NCBI GenBank assembly: GCA_039028615.1
Contig: JBCCHT010000084.1
Location: 1 to 14,462 of the forward strand
Source: Myxococcota bacterium
GTDB taxonomy: Bacteria > Myxococcota_A > Polyangia > Nannocystales > Nannocystaceae
Direction: 5' to 3'
DNA length: 14,462 bases
In this document: piece after piece, positions 8,467 to 14,462 of the stretch
Position numbering within the stretch: the stretch's first letter is position 1
How the letters are laid out: each line of letters opens with the position of its first letter
The notes under the pieces: model-generated
Database searches by the model: none
What the model saw: only the letters and a program-made list of their open reading frames with translations
What the model was told of the DNA's origin: nothing
Program-made: the position numbers and the translations under genes

Positions 8467-9328
8467 TCTCGACCAAACCCGGGCGCTACTGGCCGTCGCG
8501 GCGACCGGCAGCATCAGCGGGGCCGCGACCGAGCTGGGGGTCGCCCGACCCACGATTCGGCGCCGGTTGGCCGCGCTCGAGCAGGCGCTCGGTACGGCGG
8601 TGGCGGTGGCGGACGAGAGCGGGGTGACGCTGACCGAGGCGGGACGGCTGTACGCAGAGCACGGCGCGGCCCTGGTGCGTGACCACGATGCCCTACACGA
8701 GCTCATCACCCAGAACAGCGACGAGCCGCGGGGGCTCATCGACGTGGCGTTGCCGATCGGCGCGGCGGGCCCGCTCGCGCCCGCGTTCCTGCGGCTGGCG
8801 CTGCACCGCTGGCCCAAGCTCCGCTATCGCATTCGCTCCACCGTCGACCCGGTGGCGGAGATCTATCGGGGCGCCGACGCGGCGCTGACGATGTCGTTGC
8901 CCCAGACGGGTGACCTGGTGGTGCGCTCGCTGGGCCGCTTTCGCACCGGGCTCTACGCCAGCCAGGCCTATATCGACCGCGAGGGCACACCGCGGACGAG
9001 CGCCGCGCTGGTCGAGCACACCCTGCTGCATGCGCTGGTCGAAGGCGCGCCGCCGATCGCCTGGCCGTTGATGTCCGGGGGCACGCTGGCGGTGGAGCCC
9101 AAGGTCATCGCCTCGGACGCAGAGTTCATCCGCACGTGTGTGCACGACGGCGATGGCATCGGGCTGCTACCCAAGTTTGCCGCGGTGGGCCTCGTGCCCG
9201 TGCTGCCCACCGTGGTCGGCACGCTACAGCCGCTGTGGTCGGTCACGACCCGAGCGGGTGCGGCGATGCCCCGGTTGCAGCAGCTGCTCGACGCGAGCCT
9301 CGAGTTCTTGGCCCCGGTCATGCGCTGA
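8462..9328 (+). CDS. LysR-family transcriptional regulator (288 aa)
   Basis: N-terminal HTH GSISGAATELGVARPTIRRRLAALEQALG...LTEAG, linker EPRG, effector domain LYASQAYI...GTP and GDGIGLLP. Divergent from the oxygenase. Confidence 0.92.
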   Translation: MDLDQTRALLAVAATGSISGAATELGVARPTIRRRLAALEQALGTAVAVADESGVTLTEAGRLYAEHGAALVRDHDALHELITQNSDEPRGLIDVALPIGAAGPLAPAFLRLALHRWPKLRYRIRSTVDPVAEIYRGADAALTMSLPQTGDLVVRSLGRFRTGLYASQAYIDREGTPRTSAALVEHTLLHALVEGAPPIAWPLMSGGTLAVEPKVIASDAEFIRTCVHDGDGIGLLPKFAAVGLVPVLPTVVGTLQPLWSVTTRAGAAMPRLQQLLDASLEFLAPVMR

Positions 9329-9445
9329 CGACCGACGTGACGGTGTCGCGGAAACCCGGACGGTTGCTCTAGCCGTTCGGGCGTCGCGGTTCGGACCTCG
9401 GCGACGGAAGCGCGGCCGATCGCGGTGTGCCCGAGCCTACGCCGG

Positions 9446-9486
9446 GTTTCGTCGCCAATCGTGCCATTCGCCGACGTTTCGTCACC
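9446..9486. repeat. 11-nt direct repeat GTTTCGTC(G/A)CC, 30 nt apart, upstream of the copper monooxygenase
   Basis: GTTTCGTCGCC 9446-9456 and GTTTCGTCACC 9476-9486. Inverted imperfect copy GGCGACGGAAG at 9400-9410. Confidence 0.5.
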
Positions 9487-9521
9487 TCGTGATCGCTTGT
9501 GCTGCGGCGGACCGCCGCGAT

Positions 9522-10982
9522 ATGAACAGTGCTGTGACATGGTCTAAGCGGAGTGCGGTGGGGTTGGCGAGCGCGGCGATGCTCGGGTTGACGCTGGGTG
9601 CGTGTGGCGAGGAGGCCCCGGCCGAGAGCCCCGAGGGCGGCACCGCCAGCACGGGCGACGTCGCGACGTCAGACGACACCGACGGCGAGTCCGAGAGCAC
9701 GGGCGAGGGGCAGGCCGAGCCGCCCCCGACCTGGTATCAGGACATCGCGCCGCTGGTCGTCGGCAAGTGTGCGGGCTGCCATGCGACCGGCGGCATCGCA
9801 CCCGTGGAGCTCGGCGACTACGAGTCGGCGCGACCGCTCGCGACGCTGGTGGCCGACTCGGTCGAGGCGGGCAACATGCCGCCCTTCGCCGCGGCGGAGA
9901 CCGACGAGTGCCAGATGCAGCACGGTCTCAAGGACGACCTGCGGCTGAGCGACGAGGACAAGGCCTTGCTGCGGGCGTGGGCCGAGGCGGGCGCACCCGA
10001 GGGTGATCCCAACGATCCCGCGCCCGTGCCCGAGCCGCCGTCGGTCGAGCTGACCACGGTGGACACCCAGCTGCAGATTCAGTCCGGCGTCACCATCGAC
10101 GGGGCCAACGACCAGTTCTTCTGCTTCAGCGTCGACCCCGAGCTGACCGAGGACACCTACCTGCAGGCGATGCAGGTCGTGCCCGGCAACGAGAAGATCG
10201 TCCACCACGTGCTCATCTACGTGGATCCCGACGGCAGCTCGGCCGAGGCGGCCGGCGAAGACGGCTACTACCCGTGCAGCGGTGGCGGGGCCCAGGGCGA
10301 CCTCATCGGCGCATGGGCTCCGGGCGCGCTGCCCATCCAAACGCCGCCCGACGTCGGCTTCGAGGTCCCCGCCGGCTCGCGGCTGGTGATGAACATTCAC
10401 TATCACCCCAACGGGGTGGCCGAGGTCGACGACTCCACCCGGATCGAGATCGACTGGATGGACGAGCGGCCGGCCAACGTCGCGCAGCTCCAGCTCATCG
10501 GCAACGGCCAGGGCCTGCTGTCGGGCCCCAACGACGACGGCGGCCCGGAGTTCTTGATCCCCGCCGGGGTCTCGGATCACACCGAGTCCATGCTCGTCAC
10601 CCTGCCGTCGGAGATTCCCGAGCTTCGGCTGTGGTCCATCGGTTCCCACATGCACTACGTGGGCGTCGACATGATCATCGGGGTCGCGCGCGAGAACAGC
10701 TCCGGCCCCGACGAAGAGTGCCTGCTGCACACGCCGACGTATAGCTTCGAGTGGCAGCGCAGCTACGAGTACGATCGCGAGCTCGACGACCTGCCCCGGC
10801 TCGCGGGCGGCGACAAGTTGTTCATGCGTTGCACCTACGACAACACCATGAACAACCCGGGGGTGGTCGAGGCGCTGGGGCAGCTGGGCCTCGACGAGCC
10901 CATCGACGTGCAACTGGGCGAAGAGACCCTCGACGAGATGTGCCTGGGCATCTACGGGCTCATCATCCCGAACATCTTCTGA
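9522..10982 (+). CDS. Lipoprotein: monoheme cytochrome c domain fused to copper type II (PHM/DBH-like) monooxygenase (486 aa)
   Basis: LGAC lipobox (Cys28), acidic Ser/Thr linker, CAGCH heme motif with downstream MPP. Copper ligand motifs VHHVLIY, IHYHP, SHMH and DEMC. The start could alternatively be GTG 9534. Confidence 0.85.
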   Translation: MNSAVTWSKRSAVGLASAAMLGLTLGACGEEAPAESPEGGTASTGDVATSDDTDGESESTGEGQAEPPPTWYQDIAPLVVGKCAGCHATGGIAPVELGDYESARPLATLVADSVEAGNMPPFAAAETDECQMQHGLKDDLRLSDEDKALLRAWAEAGAPEGDPNDPAPVPEPPSVELTTVDTQLQIQSGVTIDGANDQFFCFSVDPELTEDTYLQAMQVVPGNEKIVHHVLIYVDPDGSSAEAAGEDGYYPCSGGGAQGDLIGAWAPGALPIQTPPDVGFEVPAGSRLVMNIHYHPNGVAEVDDSTRIEIDWMDERPANVAQLQLIGNGQGLLSGPNDDGGPEFLIPAGVSDHTESMLVTLPSEIPELRLWSIGSHMHYVGVDMIIGVARENSSGPDEECLLHTPTYSFEWQRSYEYDRELDDLPRLAGGDKLFMRCTYDNTMNNPGVVEALGQLGLDEPIDVQLGEETLDEMCLGIYGLIIPNIF

Positions 10983-11008
10983 GCGATCCCGGCCGCGAGT
11001 TCCGGTCC

Positions 11009-11872
11009 TCAGCGCTCGAGGGCCGAGTTCGCGACCGAGATCAATCGCCCCAGGGTCTGCCGTCCGCCGAGGACGAGCAGCCCTCCGCGATACCAGGGGA
11101 TGCGCGTGACCACGATGGCGGTGCCGGCCGTGTCGGCCACGACGCAGCGCGGCTCACCATCGTGGCGAGTCACCCGATTGGCGACGAGCCGGTGCAGCCC
11201 CGCCGTACACAGGCCGAGCAGATCGAGCGTGGCCCGCTCTTCGCCCGTGGTGGGATGAAGCAGCGTGCCCTCCTCCTCCTCGATGACGCAGGCGACCTCG
11301 AGGCTCGGGAGTCGCTGCCGACACTGCTGCACCAGCGCTTCGAGCCGGGCTCGGGCATCGGGGCTGGGCGGGGTGGGGCGCACCATCAGCTCGGCGAGGC
11401 TGAAGGTGAACGCGTGGTCGTAGCGGTAGAGCCATCCGCTGGTCTCGGCCGTGACCGGGCCCGCCCAGGTCAGCAGCTCCCACAGCTGGTCGGAGATGTG
11501 GCGGAACAGGCAGCTGCGTAGCTCGGCGGGCTGCACGAGTCCCAGCGCCACCAGGCCCTCGCCGAAGCGCAGCCCCGAGTCGCGGCAGTGGGCGATCGCC
11601 CGGCCGAGGGACGCCTGGGAGAGACCGAGCTCCCGCTTCATGACCGCGCCGAGGTGCTCGGGATGGTCGTCGACGCGGATCCAGGCCACCGTGCCGTCGT
11701 AGAGGCAGCAGCGCGCCTGGGATTGGCCTCGGAACAGGACCTCGCCGTTGAATCGCGCCGCGAGGAGTCCTTGAAGCAGGGGCTCGGCCTCCTCGATCGA
11801 GGCCAGTGTGCGTGCTGCTTCGCTGCGCTCGGGCCCGCCTCCGTACACGAGGCGAAGCTTGGGCACGCTCAT
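11009..11872 (-). CDS. DUF4388-like protein with MshEN-like tandem motif and C-terminal Roadblock-like domain (287 aa)
   Basis: ATG 11872 overlaps the upstream TGA (ATGA) and has GAGG 7 nt upstream. FNGEVLFRG...LYDGTVAW then HLGAVM...RFGEGLVALGLV pattern. The C-terminus LEALVQQCRQRLPSLEVACVIEEEEGTLL...LGRLISVA parallels the upstream Roadblock proteins. CDS well supported, domain names less so. Confidence 0.65.
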   Translation of the reverse strand: MSVPKLRLVYGGGPERSEAARTLASIEEAEPLLQGLLAARFNGEVLFRGQSQARCCLYDGTVAWIRVDDHPEHLGAVMKRELGLSQASLGRAIAHCRDSGLRFGEGLVALGLVQPAELRSCLFRHISDQLWELLTWAGPVTAETSGWLYRYDHAFTFSLAELMVRPTPPSPDARARLEALVQQCRQRLPSLEVACVIEEEEGTLLHPTTGEERATLDLLGLCTAGLHRLVANRVTRHDGEPRCVVADTAGTAIVVTRIPWYRGGLLVLGGRQTLGRLISVANSALER

Positions 11873-13005
11873 CGGTGGGCCTCGAGCTGGTGGACGAGCG
11901 CCGCCTGCTGTGGGGTCTGGATGGACCCGGGCGCGTTGGCCCGAACGCGGGCGATCGCCTCGTCCGCGGACATGCCCAGGCAGACGCCCACGCCCGCGAC
12001 GATGGTGCCCGTGCGCCCGAGGCCTGCCCGGCAGTGCACGGCGACGACCTGGCCCCGATCCATCGCGCGTACGAGGTCGTGGCACAGGGCGATGGCATCG
12101 GCGAGCGAAGGGATGCCCATGTCGCGGATGGGGAAGTGGCGGCCCGCGATCCCGAAGGGGCGCAGGCGCGAGGAGGGGAGAGGGTCTTCGGTGAGGCTCA
12201 CCAGCAGAGTGACGCCGGCATGGGCGATCGAGAACAGGTCGTCGTCGAGATCTCGAAAGAGCCCGGGCATGCCCATGCCGGCGAGATGGCCCTCGCGAAA
12301 CCAGTGAAAATGGCTCGGGCACGAGGGCAGAGCGGGCTGTTGGGCGCAGGTCCCGTAGCGGAGAAACTGCCGGACCAGGGCGCGCTGCGGCTGCTCGAAG
12401 AACTCGGAGGCCGAGCAATGGGTGATGAGCTCGCCGTCGCACAGCAGACACACATGGTCGGAGGCGCGCTGGGTGAACTCGAGATCGTGAGAAACGAAGA
12501 CCACCGTGCCGCGGTCGACATGGTCGTGAAATCGCCGCAGGAGGTCCTCGCGGTCTTCGGGGGGCATGCCTCGGGTGGGCTCGTCGAGCAAGACGACCTC
12601 GGCCCCGCAGAAGAATGCGCCATCGATCCTCGCGCGGACCATGGCGACGCGCTTCGGGTCCGAGAACGGGCCTGCGGGGGCATGGGGGATCTGGGGCACC
12701 CACGCGACCTGACCGAGCGGGGCGCCTCCGCGGGCGAGGGGACTCATGGGGCGCCCGCGGAAGCGCCAGCACCCGCTGGCCTGCCACCCCTCGGAAGGGG
12801 CGCGGCCGCTGAGCAAGCGCAGCAGGGTGCTCTTGCCGCTACCCACCGGGCCGACCACGGCCGTCACCTGGCGATGGGGCAGCGCCAGGTCGAGCGGTCC
12901 GAGGACATGACCCAGCGGGCCCTCGATGCCGACTCGCTGCAGCTCGAAGAGCGGAGGAGCCGGCGGTGGCTCAGAGGGCACGCTCGATGTCGTCGATCTG
13001 TCCAC
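11869..13005 (-). CDS. ABC-type ATPase domain fused to dual-specificity/tyrosine phosphatase (CX5R) domain (370-378 aa)
   Basis: Walker A GPVGSGKST, Q-loop WVPQ, Walker B VVLLDEP, H-loop VSHD. Phosphatase motifs FHWFREGHLAGMGMPG, HFPIRDMGIP, VHCRAGLGRTG and SIQTPQQ. Start is GTG 13005 or GTG 12981, and both overlap the upstream gene's end. Confidence 0.9.
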   Translation of the reverse strand: MDRSTTSSVPSEPPPAPPLFELQRVGIEGPLGHVLGPLDLALPHRQVTAVVGPVGSGKSTLLRLLSGRAPSEGWQASGCWRFRGRPMSPLARGGAPLGQVAWVPQIPHAPAGPFSDPKRVAMVRARIDGAFFCGAEVVLLDEPTRGMPPEDREDLLRRFHDHVDRGTVVFVSHDLEFTQRASDHVCLLCDGELITHCSASEFFEQPQRALVRQFLRYGTCAQQPALPSCPSHFHWFREGHLAGMGMPGLFRDLDDDLFSIAHAGVTLLVSLTEDPLPSSRLRPFGIAGRHFPIRDMGIPSLADAIALCHDLVRAMDRGQVVAVHCRAGLGRTGTIVAGVGVCLGMSADEAIARVRANAPGSIQTPQQAALVHQLEAHR

Positions 13006-13375
13006 GAGCCTTGACCATCACCATGCCCAGGTTGGCCTTCTTGCGGCAGACCACGACGACCACCATGTTCGAGTGCCGTTTGCAGCGTTGAAACAGGTGG
13101 AGGAGGTTCTCGGAGAAAATGACTATTTCTCGAAAGTAGTGAAGATCGGGGTCGTTGATCCCACGAATGCGTTTGAATGTGTCTTCGATGGCAGTGACGT
13201 TTTCTCCTTGAAACAATTCTCCAGTGGCGGCCGCGACCAGGTCGAGGACGTCCTGAGGGTGGCTGTCGACGGTGCGGACGGCCAGCAGCATGCCGCTGGT
13301 GATGTCCACGACGCCAGCTGCGACACACTCTGGAACTGTACGTTGTAGGGTCCTGAGGGGGTTGTCTAGGCTCAT
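12971..13375 (-). CDS. Roadblock/LAMTOR2-like domain protein, paralog A (134 aa)
   Basis: ATG 13375 with GGGAG SD at 13383-13387. Pattern LRTLQRTVPECVAAGVVDITSGMLL...FREIVIFSENLLHLFQR...VVVVVCRKKANLGMV fits the helix-2 strands-helix-3 strands-helix Roadblock layout. Confidence 0.78.
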   Translation of the reverse strand: MSLDNPLRTLQRTVPECVAAGVVDITSGMLLAVRTVDSHPQDVLDLVAAATGELFQGENVTAIEDTFKRIRGINDPDLHYFREIVIFSENLLHLFQRCKRHSNMVVVVVCRKKANLGMVMVKARGQIDDIERAL

Positions 13376-13477
13376 TTGGGGGCTCCCGCGATGCTCTGCG
13401 CAACTGTGCGTTCGTGTCTCGGCGGCAGGTGTGCGCAGTCCTGCTACCGTTGAGAAACGGCACGAAGATTCAGTCGC

Positions 13478-13511
13478 TCGAGCCCAATGGCACATTGCCG
13501 TTGGGGCTCGA
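13478..13511. repeat. Inverted repeat / stem-loop in the leader of Roadblock paralog A
   Basis: TCGAGCCCAATGGCA-CAT-TGCCGTTGGGGCTCGA has about 15 paired positions, with one bulge and one non-Watson-Crick pair. Confidence 0.7.
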
Positions 13512-13540
13512 ACCTATGCTGTTTTCAATCGACGTCGAGG

Positions 13541-13569
13541 AGTATCAGTCAGCGCGTTCACGAGAGCAA
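13541..13569 (-). promoter_or_regulatory. Candidate sigma70-type promoter TTGCTC-N17-GATACT for the Roadblock A / ABC-phosphatase / DUF4388-like operon
   Basis: On the minus strand, TTGCTC (13569-13564), an exact 17-nt spacer, then GATACT (13546-13541). An alternative -10, TAGGTT, lies at 13516-13511. Confidence 0.4.
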
Positions 13570-13590
13570 CTGTTTGTAGGGGAAACACTC
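13564..13590. promoter_or_regulatory. Shared upstream motif, copy 1 (upstream of Roadblock A)
   Basis: GAGCA-ACTG-TTTGTAGGGGAAACACTC matches copy 2 at 14402-14428 at 20/27 positions without gaps. Confidence 0.6.
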
Positions 13591-13872
13591 CGTCCTTTTG
13601 TTGGCCATGCGTTCCAATGTCGAAGCGTCGAAGTGTGAACATGCGGGCTTTCGCGCGGCCGCCCGTGGCCATTTCGAAATCGGGTTCAAAGGGGCCTGGT
13701 GCTTTCGTGCTAGTCCGACGTGGGCCGTCCTTTTCTGGAGAGGGTGACACCAAGGCGCGGCCAAGAGAAAACGCGCGCCGTTTTGAAGCGACGCGCGTCG
13801 TCGAGGAGGCAATGACCCGCGAGCGAAGTGCGGGCTCGAGACGGAGCCGCCCGAGCACGCGATGCACAGCGC

Positions 13873-14274
13873 TCAGACCAGCGTGTCGATCGTTTCGGCT
13901 GCCTCGCGAGCCTTGGTCCTCACGACGTCCAGATCGGCGTCCTTGTGACAGATGATGACCACCACCAGTTGCTCGAGCCGCGGGCAGCGTTGAAAAACGA
14001 GTAGGCGGTCGGCTGAAACCATGACGATCTCTCTGCAATACTCGTGTTGGTAGTAGTTCCGGTACCCGCGCTCGAAGGCCCTCTGGAAGGCGGTGATGCC
14101 GGTACTCGCGAGCAGGTCTTGGGTACTGGAACCGAGCGTGTCGAGGATGTCTTGCGGCAGGTCTTCGTCGCAGAGGACGGACATCATCGCCCCGGTGGTG
14201 GTGTCGACGACGCCAGCGGCAATGCACTTCGGGGCGTCTTTCTTGAGCGTAGTGAGAGCGGGTTGTAGATCCAC
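13873..14274 (-). CDS. Roadblock/LAMTOR2-like domain protein, paralog B (133 aa)
   Basis: Aligns end to end with paralog A (CIAAGVVD, PQDILD, REIV, FQRC, KAR), roughly 40% identity by manual count. GTG 14274 chosen because it aligns with the paralog A start. ATG 14355 is the alternative. Confidence 0.75.
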   Translation of the reverse strand: MDLQPALTTLKKDAPKCIAAGVVDTTTGAMMSVLCDEDLPQDILDTLGSSTQDLLASTGITAFQRAFERGYRNYYQHEYCREIVMVSADRLLVFQRCPRLEQLVVVIICHKDADLDVVRTKAREAAETIDTLV

Positions 14275-14401
14275 GGGAGGAGTTCCGATGATGGTGTACG
14301 CGCGTCGTTGTGGTCGATGAATTTGCGCGGCGTTCGATCGACCAGGCTTGCCCATAACATATCGCCAACGGGGAGCCGAGCGGACGCGGCCGTCGATCGA
14401 C

Positions 14402-14428
14402 GAGCAGACCTTTGTGGGGGGAACTCTC
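14402..14428. promoter_or_regulatory. Shared upstream motif, copy 2 (upstream of Roadblock B)
   Basis: GAGCA-GACC-TTTGTGGGGGGAACTCTC, same orientation relative to its gene as copy 1. Confidence 0.6.
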
Positions 14429-14462
14429 GGCCAAACGAAACGCGCGTCGCTCGAGAGCGACG

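Noticed and set aside
9452..9466. Sigma54 -24 box TGGCACG on the minus strand
   Set aside because: The -12 position reads GCGA rather than TTGC, and it points into the LysR 3' end.
9138..9521. Cys/Arg-rich N-terminal extension of the 614-aa ORF
   Set aside because: It overlaps LysR in another frame and precedes the signal peptide.
10983..11008. Bidirectional terminator between the convergent monooxygenase and DUF4388-like genes
   Set aside because: Only a 4-bp CCGG pair is present, with no U-tract.
11873..12787. Arg/Pro-rich first 305 aa of the 592-aa ORF, or a programmed frameshift fusion
   Set aside because: It is an alternative frame of the ABC-phosphatase gene. The ATGA overlap and SD at 11872 explain the junction, and no slippery site was seen.
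2894..13014. Long antisense ORFs (2894-4702, 7409-8431, 9669-10913, 11806-13014)
   Set aside because: They are shadows of well-supported genes on the opposite strand, expected with high GC3, and carry no motifs.
13768..13800. AAAACG-N5-CGTTTT and CGACGCGCGTCG palindromes as terminator for Roadblock B
   Set aside because: The stems are short and there is no strong GC stem followed by a long U-tract. CG palindromes are common at this GC content.
13573..14428. Shared motif resembles the G(A/T)GTTCCCC start of type I-E CRISPR repeats on the minus strand
   Set aside because: There are only two copies, 838 nt apart, with no palindromic repeat body, no spacers and no cas genes.
13414..14434. ORFs crossing the inter-Roadblock gap (13514-14434, 13272-13955, 13414-13638, 13558-13812)
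   Set aside because: They have no motifs or clear SD, and the two long ones overlap Roadblock genes. A small unrecognised gene in the ~500-nt gap cannot be fully excluded.

Overview
GC-rich bacterial window, probably from a myxobacterium (inferred from the kinase-TPR gene, lipoproteins, terpene synthase and Roadblock/DUF4388-type genes). It holds 12 supportable CDSs. From left to right: steroid 5-alpha-reductase-family gene plus MFS transporter (+); membrane Ser/Thr kinase-TPR (-); lipoprotein (+); class I terpene synthase with non-canonical metal motifs (+); MpaB/DUF2236 oxygenase with two CPxH motifs (-), divergent from a LysR regulator (+); lipoprotein fusing a c-type heme to a PHM/DBH-type copper monooxygenase (+). 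The right end carries a four-gene minus-strand module, the best candidate for an undescribed system. It comprises two paralogous Roadblock-like genes, each preceded by a shared 27-nt motif, then a truncated ABC-ATPase fused to a CX5R phosphatase, then a DUF4388-like protein with an MshEN-like tandem motif and a third Roadblock-like domain. No rRNA, tRNA, CRISPR array or mobile element was seen. All family calls come from motif recognition, not database searches.
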